A stretch of 64,000 bases of DNA, taken from the NCBI GenBank assembly GCA_963707985.1, contig CAVPRW010000011.1:1-64000 (forward strand). The letters are read 5' to 3'. Positions 44,212 through 54,550 of the stretch are shown here, one piece after another (the stretch's first letter is position 1; every line of letters begins with the position of its first letter). The translations under genes and the position numbers were made by a program. The notes under the pieces are model-generated. The model did not search any database. It had not been told where the DNA came from and was given only the letters and a program-made list of their open reading frames with translations. The DNA comes from an uncultured Nitrospinota bacterium. GTDB taxonomy: Bacteria; Tectomicrobia; Entotheonellia; J063; CAVPRW01.

Positions 44212-44424
44212 ATGCTTTATTACGCGTTAGTATTCCTCATCGTTGGATTGGTAGCCGGTGCTCTCGGCTTGGCTGGAGTGGCAGGCATAGCCTCGCAGAT
44301 TGCCTGGATTCTGTTCTTGATCGGTGTGGTCTTACTGGTGGTACAGTTACTTTCGTGGGCGCACTCCGCCCGTCGCCTGAGTGCTCTGCAAAACGCCGAA
44401 AAAACCTGGAAGGATGGACGATAG
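44212..44424 (+). CDS. DUF1328 (YtjA-like) small membrane protein
   Basis: [35 protein letters not shown]. Confidence 0.9.
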   Translation: MLYYALVFLIVGLVAGALGLAGVAGIASQIAWILFLIGVVLLVVQLLSWAHSARRLSALQNAEKTWKDGR

Positions 44425-44464
44425 AAGGATGATGTACATGAATACTATACAGCAAGGGTCTACA

Positions 44465-44672
44465 ATGGCGGCACTACGCGCCTTTGTAGTTATCGTTGGC
44501 TTGTCACTGCTGGTGGTGGTGATGACGGCCTGTGGTACGATGACAGGTGCTGCGGTGGGGGCTGGGAAGTGGCGCAGCTATTGGAGCGGCTGCGGGAGAT
44601 GCTAAGAAAGGGGCACTTATCGGTGCCGGTGTCGGTGCCGCAGGCGGCGCCATCTACGATGCAACCCGGTAA
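44465..44672 (+). CDS. Small glycine-zipper lipoprotein (frameshift near 44566)
   Basis: Lipobox MTAC, then GAAVGAG/GAAIGAAAGDAKKGALIGAGVGAAGGAIYDATR*. Confidence 0.7.
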
Positions 44673-45082
44673 GGGGACGTATCCGGACAGCCGAGAGTCG
44701 TTGGCATTGCCACGGCTCTCGGCTGTCCACTGCGTCCATCAAGTCGGGGTTGGGCGAATTTACGGGACATCGCCTCCTGTGAGTGATTACCCTGCTAACC
44801 TTGCAGTGCGAAGAACATGGAGGCTCTTCCCTGCCCGGATAATGCATTGGTATCGGCGATTCGGGTCAGGCCGATCCGTCCGAGGTTGGATTGCCTTCCA
44901 TGGGCAGAGCCTTGGTGACGTCTTACCGCTTTTCGTCTCAAGCTATGCTAGAATAATTCTCTAGATCGATATCATTCGGACGCAACGGTGGCGCACCTCT
45001 GAGGGCGTAAGATGTCGCTGCTCTCATCCTGCTGACGCTGAATCCACTCCAATAGTCATCTTCTCTATGTTACCGGGAGCCT

Positions 45083-46156
45083 ATGATGTCCATGGATGAG
45101 GTTACAGAGAAGGCAAGCTTGCCGTCGAGGACTATTCCGTCCCAGGACGCCGCGATCGCCATCCTGTCGGCGAATCATGCCGTGCTCTCCTGGAATCACG
45201 GTATCGAAACTTTGACGGGATATACCTTTGAAGCCCTCAGCCATCTCAACCTGGTAGGGATTTTCGAGCCATCGGACATCATGCGCCAGGTCCTCCTCAG
45301 GGTATGTGCTGGTGAGTCCCCTGCCAGCGTGCGGTTGCAATTGCGGACGGCCGACGGTAGGCGCCTGCCCGTCGACGTGCAATGTGCACCATTGCAGTCC
45401 CTCGATCACAGCAACACCCAGATGATCCTAGTGATTCGTGAGGTCGCGCCGTTGCAAGGATGGCCACACCGGGACACCACACTACCTCTCCTGGGCCAAC
45501 TCGCAGGGGTTTTGTCGCATGAAATCCGCAATCCGATGAATGCGATCTTCCTCCATGCGGATATTTTAGAAGAGGAGGTGCAGCAGCCGACGCCTGGCGA
45601 TTGCACGCAGGCCATACAATCCTTGCAGACTATCAAGGCGGAGCTCACGCGCTTGCATGGTCTGATGCAGGATTATCTGTTCCTGGCGCGGCTGTCAAAC
45701 TTACCGCGCGAGCCGATTGATCTGCGCGCGCTGGTAGAGGACATCGTCTATGAAATGCACCCCCAGTGTGTGGTCCACGGGGTAACCATGATTCTGAACG
45801 GCCTTGATGATTTGGGAGAAGTGGAGCTCCACCAGAGTTCATTTCGGCGTGCGCTGCTCAACATTTTGCAGTGGCTGATCGAAGCCATGCCGCGGGATGC
45901 AACCTTGACCCTGAGCGGTTGCCGTACTAGCCATCACGTGCAACTCCACATCCACGACCTGAAAAATGTGATTCCACCCGAGGTGTGGGCCGCGTTCCCG
46001 GTGTCTCCGCAGCCGAAGCTTCCTGAAGCGGCGGATCTCCGGAAATACGTGGCACAAGAAATTCTTACAGCCCATGGAGGGGAGATAGCCGTGAGCGATG
46101 TGACCAAGTCTGGGATGTTGTTCACCATCGCGCTCCCGCTAGGCACCACGGGGTAG
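45083..46156 (+). CDS. PAS-HisKA protein with degenerate ATPase domain (pseudo-histidine kinase)
   Basis: PAS (WNHGIETLTGY, DGRRLPV); intact LSHEIRNPMN H-box; N-box NILQWL, G1 HDLKNVI and G2 AADLRK all degenerate. Confidence 0.8.
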   Translation: MMSMDEVTEKASLPSRTIPSQDAAIAILSANHAVLSWNHGIETLTGYTFEALSHLNLVGIFEPSDIMRQVLLRVCAGESPASVRLQLRTADGRRLPVDVQCAPLQSLDHSNTQMILVIREVAPLQGWPHRDTTLPLLGQLAGVLSHEIRNPMNAIFLHADILEEEVQQPTPGDCTQAIQSLQTIKAELTRLHGLMQDYLFLARLSNLPREPIDLRALVEDIVYEMHPQCVVHGVTMILNGLDDLGEVELHQSSFRRALLNILQWLIEAMPRDATLTLSGCRTSHHVQLHIHDLKNVIPPEVWAAFPVSPQPKLPEAADLRKYVAQEILTAHGGEIAVSDVTKSGMLFTIALPLGTTG

Positions 46157-46224
46157 CGACCGCCGTCCATTGTCCGAGATCACCCCCCGCGAATGAATCG
46201 TGTCGATCATGGGAGTCGACAGGC

Positions 46225-47583
46225 ATGGCGTATGTGCTCGTTGTCGATGATGAACGTAGCACCCTCGAGGCTTTAAGCACGATCCTTCGTCGTGAAGGGC
46301 ATGCCGTGCAGACAGCTGGCTCGGCGCAGGAGGCACTGGCGCAGCTAGAGGACGGAAATGAACTGGACCTGCTGCTCACTGATGTGAGAATGCCGAAAAT
46401 GGACGGTCTGGCCCTGCTGCGCCACATCAAAGCGCAGCAGGCTGAGATCGTGGTGATTATGATGTCCGGACATCAGGATGTCACGGCAGCGGTCGAGGCC
46501 ATGAAAGCGGGAGCTTTTGACTACTTGGTCAAGCCGTTCGGTCGGGAAGAGGTGGTGCGCACCATCCAGAAGGCCCTCGCCCACCGCTCTTTACTTGTGG
46601 AAAACCTGGCCCTGAAGCGGCAGGTTCGCGGCCAGGGCGCGCGTGCGCAAGTCATCGGCTCGAGTCCGGCCTGGCGAAAGGTCGGTGAGATGGTGGAGCA
46701 AATCGCTCCATCCAGAGCGACCGTTCTCATTACAGGGGAAAGCGGCACCGGAAAAGAGCTCATTGCTGGACTGATTCATCAGCTGAGCACCCGAGCCGAC
46801 CGGCCGTTCGTCACACTGAACGCGGCGGCCCTTCCTGCCACGCTGCTGGAGGCTGAACTCTTCGGGCATGAGAAAGGGGCCTTTACCGGTGCCCAGCAGC
46901 GTAAACTGGGGCGCTTCGAGCTGGCAGACGGGGGGACGCTGTTTCTAGACGAAATCGGCGATATGCCACCGGAGGTCCAGGTCAAGATCCTGCGTGTCCT
47001 ACAAGATGGGACATTTGAGCGTCTGGGGAGTACGCGCACCTTGCAGGTCGACGTTCGCGTGGTTGCGGCAACGAACAAGGACTTGATGCAAGAAGTCGAA
47101 GCCGGACGCTTCCGTCTAGACCTATACTATCGATTGAATGTCATCTCCCTTCGTTTACCGGCACTGCGTGAACGACGGGAGGATATCCCGCTGTTGGTGG
47201 GTCATTTCCTGCGTAAATATGCTGCACAAAACAACAAACAGGTCAGCGGTATCCAGCAGCAAGTGCTGCAACACCTGCAACTCGCAGATTGGCCGGGGAA
47301 CGTGCGTGAGCTGGAAAACGTCATCGAGCGAGCGGTGGTGTTGGCCAAAGAGCCCATTATTAGCCTCACCGAATTGTCGGCTGATTTCCAGGAAAAGGAG
47401 CCCGCACCGACGTCCGACGACCATTTTGCGCTGCCTCGCCATGCCACCCTTGCTGAGATCGAGCGCGAGGCCATCGTTCAAGCACTGCAGCACACCGGCG
47501 GTAATCGACAGGCCACCGCCCGGTCGTTGAATATTGGCCTGGCGACCTTATACCGTAAGCTTAAAGAATACCGCCTCCAATAG
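46225..47583 (+). CDS. NtrC-family sigma54-dependent response regulator (REC-AAA+-HTH)
   Basis: VLVVDDE, LLTDVRMP, GESGTGKE, GAFTGA, FLDEIG, WPGNVRELEN, Fis-type HTH. Confidence 0.95.
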   Translation: MAYVLVVDDERSTLEALSTILRREGHAVQTAGSAQEALAQLEDGNELDLLLTDVRMPKMDGLALLRHIKAQQAEIVVIMMSGHQDVTAAVEAMKAGAFDYLVKPFGREEVVRTIQKALAHRSLLVENLALKRQVRGQGARAQVIGSSPAWRKVGEMVEQIAPSRATVLITGESGTGKELIAGLIHQLSTRADRPFVTLNAAALPATLLEAELFGHEKGAFTGAQQRKLGRFELADGGTLFLDEIGDMPPEVQVKILRVLQDGTFERLGSTRTLQVDVRVVAATNKDLMQEVEAGRFRLDLYYRLNVISLRLPALRERREDIPLLVGHFLRKYAAQNNKQVSGIQQQVLQHLQLADWPGNVRELENVIERAVVLAKEPIISLTELSADFQEKEPAPTSDDHFALPRHATLAEIEREAIVQALQHTGGNRQATARSLNIGLATLYRKLKEYRLQ

Positions 47584-47772
47584 GTCAACCTCTTCCGCCA
47601 ACATGATGCCTCATACATATTACACGCGCTCTTGGGCCGCCCTATCCACGTTCGGCATGGGCAAGCTGCTGGAGACGCGACTAGTTTTCAGGTTTGTCGC
47701 CAGAGATAAGCCAACGATCACACGGGCGATTTAACCTCAGCCCTGTTAAGCGCTCATTGTTTGGTACGTTGC

Positions 47773-49347
47773 TCATGGCCTTTGCTCTAGGATGCCAGCT
47801 AGTGCCTGCTGTACACACTGCTCAACGCTCTGAGTCGTGTCAAGATGCACACGACAAATGCTCTCGTCGGCATGCAGCGGCTCAAAATCGTGCAGGAATT
47901 GGCTCAAGATCTCTTCCCGTGCGTCGGAAACTGACGCTGGCGAGTGCTCGCGTTGTCGCAACCGTGCCCGCAGGGCTGCCTCAGGTGCCCGGCACTCAAT
48001 CGCGCAGCAGTGTGCCCCCATTTCGCGTGCCAATGTCGCCATGCGTCGCCGTTCAGCCTGCTTAGCAAATGACGCATCGATGACCACCGACTTCCCTCGC
48101 CTCAACGCTTGACGAGCGAGGTCGGCTAGTGCGTCATAGGTCTGCCCTGTCGTCGTGGCACTGTACAAGCCCTCGCCATACGCCGCCTGCTGGGACTTCT
48201 CAGGGGACACCCTGGCCAGCGCTTTGCGCACACGATCCGAGCTGTACAGATCCAGGTCCAAGGCCGCGGCAATGCCTGCCGCGACCGTACTTTTGCCGCT
48301 GGCAATAAGGCCCATCGTAAGAAGCAACATCGGACGCGTGATGCCCTCCGCAAAGTGCGCCGCGAGCGCATAATAAGACTCCGCGCGACGCTCCAGCCGA
48401 GAGCGCAGCTCGGGAGGTGGAGAGTTTTGAAGGCGGATGCTTGTAATCTTGCCACGGACGTAGGCCCGGTAACAGCGATAGAAATCCAGCAAGCGATACA
48501 TCGAGATATCCTTGGAATCCTGCACATAGGCACGCACGAAGCAATGCGCCATGGCCGGAAATCCCAACCGTTCAAGGTCGACGGCGAGAAATGCGACCTC
48601 GGAGCTCACATCGATGAAGCGAAAGCGTTGATTGAATTCGATGCAGTCGATCATCTGCATCTGCCCTGGTTCAAAATAAATATGCTCGGCGCGGAGGTCA
48701 CCGTGGCAATCGCGGATCCGACCATCTTGCACGCGTTGGAGAAACCAATCAGCGTGGCGACTGATGAACGTGGTCACCGCCTGCTGAATCGCCAAGTAGG
48801 TGGGCTGGGAAAGGCCTCGGCCAACGGCATCAGCGGTTTGGGCAAAATTCTCCTCCCAGTCGGCCCTGACCTGCTCCAGGGTGCCGTAAGACTCGGAGGG
48901 CTCGGGGAGGGGATGGGCCGCGTGAAAAGCAGCTAGCCGTCGTGCGATGTCGTGGATCATCTCTGGTGTGACCTCATCATGTTGCAGGAGGGCCTCCAGA
49001 GAACAATCAGCTGGCAGACGGCGCATTTTGAGGGCATATTCGACCACCTGGCCGCGGTCGGCAAAGGTATAGTGCTGATCATCGCGGCGGAGCGGCACGA
49101 CCGCGAGATAGACGCCAGCACTGAGACGACGATTCAGGGTAAGTTCTTGTGCACAGTAGAACCGACGCTGATCTAGGGTCGAGAAGTCCAGAAATCCCAG
49201 GCTCACGGGCTTCTTAATTTTGTAGGCGTAGTGGTCGGTCAAAAATACCAGGGAGATATGGGTCTCACGGACCTCGACCGTAGAGGTCGGTTCGGGGTAA
49301 ACCGCCGGATCTTGCAGAGCCTGCCGTAGGACAGCGATGTCCATCAA
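47773..49347 (-). CDS. Aminoglycoside phosphotransferase-like / AAA_33 P-loop kinase fusion
   Basis: ETHISLVFL, YKIKKPV.LGFLDF, DCHGDL, DCIEFN, GLIASGKST. Confidence 0.88.
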   Translation of the reverse strand: MMDIAVLRQALQDPAVYPEPTSTVEVRETHISLVFLTDHYAYKIKKPVSLGFLDFSTLDQRRFYCAQELTLNRRLSAGVYLAVVPLRRDDQHYTFADRGQVVEYALKMRRLPADCSLEALLQHDEVTPEMIHDIARRLAAFHAAHPLPEPSESYGTLEQVRADWEENFAQTADAVGRGLSQPTYLAIQQAVTTFISRHADWFLQRVQDGRIRDCHGDLRAEHIYFEPGQMQMIDCIEFNQRFRFIDVSSEVAFLAVDLERLGFPAMAHCFVRAYVQDSKDISMYRLLDFYRCYRAYVRGKITSIRLQNSPPPELRSRLERRAESYYALAAHFAEGITRPMLLLTMGLIASGKSTVAAGIAAALDLDLYSSDRVRKALARVSPEKSQQAAYGEGLYSATTTGQTYDALADLARQALRRGKSVVIDASFAKQAERRRMATLAREMGAHCCAIECRAPEAALRARLRQREHSPASVSDAREEILSQFLHDFEPLHADESICRVHLDTTQSVEQCVQQALAGILEQRP

Positions 49348-49546
49348 CGTCTCCTTGAGCTGTCAGAACGCATCGGCGAGCGTGGTCGGCTGTTCCCTGC
49401 CACACTTTCCACCCTGCCCCTACAACTACGTGCTTTTTCCTAAGGTTTCAACAATAAATCGTTGGCCCCATGGCCGGTCTGCTATGTCTCGCCGTCGCGA
49501 TAGGACATTGCCAGTGAGAATGATCCGGACGGTGCTACATCCTGGA

Positions 49547-49915
49547 TTAGGCTGTCGCCGGTGGCCGACGAGGGCCGATCGAGGGCCCGTATCTGGTCGG
49601 ATTACGTGACCGAGAAGAAGGCATCCTGAGGGCGCTGACTGGGTTCGCTCGACGGCACCCGATGGAGGCCACTTGGCGTCGCCGCCGCGGGGTGGGGCTG
49701 TGCGCCGTGACCAACCGACGAGGTTCAGGTGTACCCACAAACGTCAGCCGCTGTGTTTCCAAGAGATGCACGACACAGGCGATGACCAGAGCATCTTCCT
49801 CCGCGCCCACTGCAGCGTGGATGGCACCTATCAGATCATACAAGGTTGTATGGATAACCAGTGAACGTGGGCACTTCCCTTTCAAGACCAGTGCAGCATG
49901 CGTTGGGACGGTCAT
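49547..49915 (-). CDS. Hypothetical protein
   Basis: 122-aa ORF with a helical core TTLYDLIGAI..EEDALVIACVVHLL. Confidence 0.45.
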   Translation of the reverse strand: MTVPTHAALVLKGKCPRSLVIHTTLYDLIGAIHAAVGAEEDALVIACVVHLLETQRLTFVGTPEPRRLVTAHSPTPRRRRQVASIGCRRANPVSALRMPSSRSRNPTRYGPSIGPRRPPATA

Positions 49916-50204
49916 GATGTGAGCTCCACATCTGCAGAGACAATAACGTCAGGTAGCACACTTGAAGCGATATCTGAACAGAAACATTCCGCGACTGCAG
50001 CGATCCTTTGAGTATTCAGTATTATTGTCGCTCGACAGCATATGCGACCAAAGCTTTACGCACTGAACTCCCTAGAGAGATCGCCAATAGTTGTAGTGAA
50101 TGGTCAGTCCGGGCAAAGCCAGAGTATCTCGTCACACGACTACCACGGTGTTCGACATACTGCCGAGATGAATCCGCCTCGGTCCGGTGGTTCTTCGGAT
50201 CTCG

Positions 50205-50393
50205 CTATAGATAGCCGATGGTGTATTCTTCCATAGGCGTGGGTGAGGTATTGAGATATTCCAGGCATGGCTTACACAACCGATTAAATGGACCCTCTGA
50301 ATGAAATGCTCGCTCGCACCGCAGACAATCTCGTTGTGTAAGTTTGCGCTTCTTAGAAGATGATTTTGGACTTATCCGGGCTCTATGTGCCAT
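50205..50393 (-). CDS. Small basic CxxC..CxxC zinc-finger protein
   Basis: AAGGAG RBS; RDCLRCERAFHSEGPFNRLCKPC. Confidence 0.7.
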   Translation of the reverse strand: MAHRARISPKSSSKKRKLTQRDCLRCERAFHSEGPFNRLCKPCLEYLNTSPTPMEEYTIGYL

Positions 50394-50481
50394 ATCGCTC
50401 TCCTTTCTCCATTGGTTGCGGAATCGAACTGCTGACCGACATCAGCCTTCCGACGCTGTAATGGTGACGGAAGGAGGGGGA

Positions 50482-50496
50482 GCAAAAGCTATGCCG
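50482..50496 (-). promoter_or_regulatory. sigma54 promoter for zinc-finger gene
   Basis: CGGCAT-AGCTT-TTGC on the minus strand; palindromes TCTCAAAACGAAA (50649) and ACTCATTTCGAGA (50681) upstream. Confidence 0.7.
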
Positions 50497-50765
50497 ATGG
50501 TGGATGCATCTATGGTTACGTGTGAGATTGGTTGCTGACGGATGGGCAGCAAAGCGACGGAGCATGGCGGGAATAGGCCTTCCAAAAAACATGGATGCGG
50601 CCTTGCAGTGTCCTACTGTGGCGGCATCATGTGCTGGCCTCGTGCTATTCTCAAAACGAAAGTTCGGAGTACCGGGGGTGACTCATTTCGAGAGCAGGAG
50701 CGCTGTTCGAGGACACTCAGGGTCTCCACCTCTCGGGAAGGCATTGTCTGTGACCAGAGGTGACC

Positions 50766-51120
50766 ATGATGAAGAGAACTTTGTTGACGTTAGGAGTATC
50801 GGCCCTGCTAGCTATGCCTCTGCTGGTGAATGGACAGATGACCCCATCAACCCCTGGGACAGGTAGTGGACCGGGAGCTGGTGCACGCGGCTCTGGCATT
50901 CGGATGGAGCAAGAGGAACGGCGTGACCAATCGGACGTGCAGCCGAGAGATATCCGGCAGGTACAAGAGCGCCTGAAAGAAGCCGGCTTTAACCCGGGCC
51001 CCTTGGATGGGTAGCTGGGGCGCAGACCAAAGACGCTATCAAGGATTACCAGAAGGCTCACGGACTACCCCAGACCGGGCAACTTGATCAGCCCACGCGA
51101 GAACTTCTGATGGTGCAGAA
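50766..51120 (+). pseudogene. Secreted peptidoglycan-binding domain protein (stop plus frameshift)
   Basis: Signal peptide; IRQVQERLKEAGFNPGPLDG*..TKDAIKDYQKAHGLPQTGQLD. Confidence 0.75.
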
Positions 51121-51290
51121 AGCCGATGGTCGAAGGTTTCAACGGCACGCAGGAGACCGGGACTGCCTTCCTGGATGAGATCCAAGAGGGGTAACCCCGG
51201 TGTGTGTACTTCTTCGCGATGCTCACCACCAGGCGAAGGTGCGCTGAGACGAGCTTGGCTCTCGTCTCCCGCTTCACCTGCACCTGAGTC
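51121..51290 (-). pseudogene. sigma70 (RpoD/RpoS-type) region 2 relic
   Basis: LVSAHLRLVVSIAKKYTHRG/PLLDLIQEG..GLLRAVETFDHR. Confidence 0.75.
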
Positions 51291-51607
51291 AATCCCGACC
51301 GCGTCATCGAGCTTGCTCGGATCTTGCCCAGCGATATCTTCGCTCGTCAGAGTCCAATGCTCTGGACCAGGAAAATCCAGCCCGGCCCATGCCTCTTTTG
51401 GTATCGATCCGTATACGGCGGCTTCTAGCGGGTCTATCTCATGCGAGTTCGTTTGGCCCCTGCCGTTGGTTCTGCTGTATGTTGGTCGGAGCGCAGTTCA
51501 GCCATCTCACGCGGTCTCCGAATGCTCGCAGCGGTTCGGTGCTACATGCCGGTCCAATCCTCTAAAGGTCGCAGCTTCTGAGTTCCAGCGGTCTCAATGT
51601 GAAGGCC

Positions 51608-52504
51608 TTACTTAACGAGGCTTTCCTGCGTCATCGATGTGGCATTTTGGGTTGGGACGACCTTATGGCCTCTATACTTGGCATAGACTTTGGTGAATTC
51701 AGCGCCAAAATACACAATCTGGGCCGAGTAGTAGATCCATATCAACAGGACCACCAGGGAGCCAGCTGCGCCGTAGACCACCGCAGTCGTGCTATAGCGT
51801 AGATAGAGCTCGATCAGAAATTTGCCGATCATGAATAACACGGCTGTGACCAAGGCACCAATCACCACCTCCTCCCAAGCGATCTCGACTTCTGGTAACA
51901 CTTTATAGACCATGGTAAAGAGCAAGGTTACGATGACGAAGGAAAAACCGAAGTTCACAGTTTGTAGCCAGTTCACGTGGCTAGGAAGCATCGTGCCAAA
52001 AATTGGCAGGATGGACTTGAGCATCGCGTTCGCGATGATCGAGAGGAGGAGCAACAGACTTATGCCCAGCACCATGCCGAACGCTAAAAAGCGATCCCAG
52101 ATGATCCCAATCGCCATACTACGCTTTGACTTTGGGGTCACTTTCCAGATTGTGTTGAGGGCATCCCGGAGTTCACTAAACACGACCGTGGTGCCGAAGA
52201 GCATCGTCGCTAGACCGATGATCGTTGCGGCGATGCCCGACCTCGGTCTAGAGGTATTTTCGATGGTGGCCTGAATCACCCGCGCACCTTCTGGCCCGAT
52301 GAAGGTTTCGATTTGCTGGATGAGCTCGGCAGAGGCGATGTCCCGTCCGAACGCCAGAGCGGCAATGGCAATGATGACCACCAAGAGCGGCGCCAGGGAA
52401 AACAGGGTATAGAAGGCCAACGCCGCGCCTAATCGTGGCGCTCGATCCGCATGCCATGCGAAGGCCGTTTCCTTGAGTACTGCCGGTATGATCCATAGAC
52501 TCAC
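51608..52504 (-). CDS. YihY/BrkB family membrane protein
   Basis: GAALAFYTLFSLAPLL, LNTIW, YGAAGSLVVLLIWIYYSAQI..GAEF. Confidence 0.9.
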   Translation of the reverse strand: MSLWIIPAVLKETAFAWHADRAPRLGAALAFYTLFSLAPLLVVIIAIAALAFGRDIASAELIQQIETFIGPEGARVIQATIENTSRPRSGIAATIIGLATMLFGTTVVFSELRDALNTIWKVTPKSKRSMAIGIIWDRFLAFGMVLGISLLLLLSIIANAMLKSILPIFGTMLPSHVNWLQTVNFGFSFVIVTLLFTMVYKVLPEVEIAWEEVVIGALVTAVLFMIGKFLIELYLRYSTTAVVYGAAGSLVVLLIWIYYSAQIVYFGAEFTKVYAKYRGHKVVPTQNATSMTQESLVK

Positions 52505-52527
52505 GGTGCAACTCCTCGCCGAAGAAT

Positions 52528-54381
52528 CTATCCAGACGGCGGCATCGATGAAAGCGTGGGAGGAGAGACTAGTAGACTCAACTGGCTAATCTGGTTCCGT
52601 GTCTCGCTCAGAGTCGTTCCTAACTCGTCGGCACCAAGCTCACGACAGCGCAGGTGCGGGTTATCGCTCGCCTCCTTGGGCCCCCAACGTCCCACCACGA
52701 TCCTACAGTCCGGAAAGCGGGCCCGCAGCCGTTTGCACAGGTAGCGCACTGGCGCCAGGGCCCCCGGAGACAGCGCCGACACGCAGATGAGCCCAATGTG
52801 TTGCCGTGCTACCACAGAGATTACTTCGCCAGTGAGCATTTCGGCTGAGATGATCGCCATCTGATAGCGTTCGGGGTCGAGCAACTGCTGTAACATCAGC
52901 AAAGCCAGTTCGTCGGTGGCATCTTGAGCGGGACAGCCCAGAATCTGGGGCGGTGGTGGCATCGTGGACAACTCCGTCGCTGAGGAAGTCGTGGTGAAAG
53001 TGGCGGGAGTCAAGGGGCGCCGCTGCCGCAGGCTGAGATCCTCAATGATCGCTCTCGTGGCCTGAATGATAAATTGCATGTCTTCCTCGGTCAAGGTTTC
53101 TAGCTCACGATCCCGCTTCGCCGCGGTCAGAGCCGGGATGAAGACGTCATCGTAGAGGGTCTCGAGCGGATGAGTTTCGAGATATGCCTCCACCAACGCG
53201 GCCGCCTCATCTTGGTCGTGAGCGACGAGGCGTTGATAATAGTTGGTAGGAACCCCCATGACTGGCTCATCGCCAAGCAGCACACCGATAAATTCGATCT
53301 GGGGAACGTACTTACCGAGCACACCGATACATACGGTCATCGGCGTCGCCAAAATTAAGCCTACGGCGCCCCATAGCCACGTCCAGAAGGCCACTGCCAC
53401 CAGCAATGCCACCTCCGAGACACCGACGCTTTGCCCATATAGCAACGGCTCCATAATCATATTGCTGGCAAGCTCCAGCATGAGGATGAGACCGATTACC
53501 AGCAACGGCTGGCCCCAACCGGGAAACACGGCCAGGCTCAGGGCACTCGGCAACACCGCGGCGATGGTGGGACCAGCGTATGGAATAAACCGTAAGACGG
53601 CAGCGAGAAAGCCCCAGAGCACCGCATACGGCACGCCGATGAGGAAGAAGCCAAGGCCAGCGGCCACTCCAAAGCTGCCATTGATGATCGACTGCATGAG
53701 GAGATAGCGGCTAATACGTTGGCCGGCTTCGTCAAGAGCCTTGGTCGCCATAGTCAACCGATGATAGCCTGCCAGGTAGAGCAGGCGACCACGCAGGTCA
53801 GCATATCTGATCAACATGAAGATCACCAATACAATCACCAGGCCAGCCGTTGTCAGTGACTCCAAGACCGAAGGCAGCTGCCACAACATGGAGGGCGTCT
53901 GCACCACCACAGGGACAGGCTTTTCAGATTCCTCCTTGAAGGCCGGTTCGAGTCCCCCTCCGGCCCGAGGCTCCAAGAGCGCACGTGGGGTTTGCTGCAG
54001 CTCGTCGGTCAGCTCTCTGATGGTTTTCAACACGCGGTCGATGACCGCACTTTTCCCGATGGTACGCAGGTCGCTAATCTTGTGCTTAAGATTCTCCTGG
54101 TAGCCGGGGAGATCATAGGCGAGCATGCTCAGCTGCCGCGTGACTGTCCAGGCGACGCCTCCCACCAGCGAGAACACCAGCACGACCACCACCAGCACGG
54201 CAGGCGTCCGTGGCAGCCCTAGGCCGTGGAGTGCGCTGACGACAGGGTTGAGCAAGAAGGTGAGCAAGACCGCCAGAGCGATAGGCATGAGAACGGCCTT
54301 TGCCCAGTATAGACAGGCGATGATCAGGATCAGGGTGCCAAGGATATGCAAGACGGAAAGATTCCGCACGCTGGATGTCAC
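52528..54381 (-). CDS. AI-2E family transporter with C-terminal soluble (B12-binding-like) domain
   Basis: PIALAVLLTFLLNP, LRFIPYAG, EPLLYG, GLILATPMT; YYQRLVA..LCKRLR..IVVGRW tail. Confidence 0.85.
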   Translation of the reverse strand: MTSSVRNLSVLHILGTLILIIACLYWAKAVLMPIALAVLLTFLLNPVVSALHGLGLPRTPAVLVVVVLVFSLVGGVAWTVTRQLSMLAYDLPGYQENLKHKISDLRTIGKSAVIDRVLKTIRELTDELQQTPRALLEPRAGGGLEPAFKEESEKPVPVVVQTPSMLWQLPSVLESLTTAGLVIVLVIFMLIRYADLRGRLLYLAGYHRLTMATKALDEAGQRISRYLLMQSIINGSFGVAAGLGFFLIGVPYAVLWGFLAAVLRFIPYAGPTIAAVLPSALSLAVFPGWGQPLLVIGLILMLELASNMIMEPLLYGQSVGVSEVALLVAVAFWTWLWGAVGLILATPMTVCIGVLGKYVPQIEFIGVLLGDEPVMGVPTNYYQRLVAHDQDEAAALVEAYLETHPLETLYDDVFIPALTAAKRDRELETLTEEDMQFIIQATRAIIEDLSLRQRRPLTPATFTTTSSATELSTMPPPPQILGCPAQDATDELALLMLQQLLDPERYQMAIISAEMLTGEVISVVARQHIGLICVSALSPGALAPVRYLCKRLRARFPDCRIVVGRWGPKEASDNPHLRCRELGADELGTTLSETRNQISQLSLLVSPPTLSSMPPSG

Positions 54382-54535
54382 AGGTTAGCTCACTCTCTGC
54401 AAGCTCGTTTGAAGACCTACTCTTGTTGACGTATCTCCGCTTGTCGGCTATGTTAGCAACTCGGCACCCTTTTTGTTACGACAAAACTTTATACTAAACG
54501 GAGGGCATAAACTAGCGACAGCGTCCGGTAAAAAA

Positions 54536-54550
54536 GCAAGCTCTATACCA
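54536..54550 (-). promoter_or_regulatory. sigma54 promoter for AI-2E-yihY operon
   Basis: TGGTAT-AGAGC-TTGC on the minus strand; CTCTCAAAATGAGAG (54664) and TATCATAATAAGA (54696) upstream. Confidence 0.7.

Noticed and set aside
54462..54476. Plus-strand sigma54 promoter CGGCAC-CCTTT-TTGT
   Set aside because: It lacks the -12 GC; the minus-strand element at 54536 fits better.
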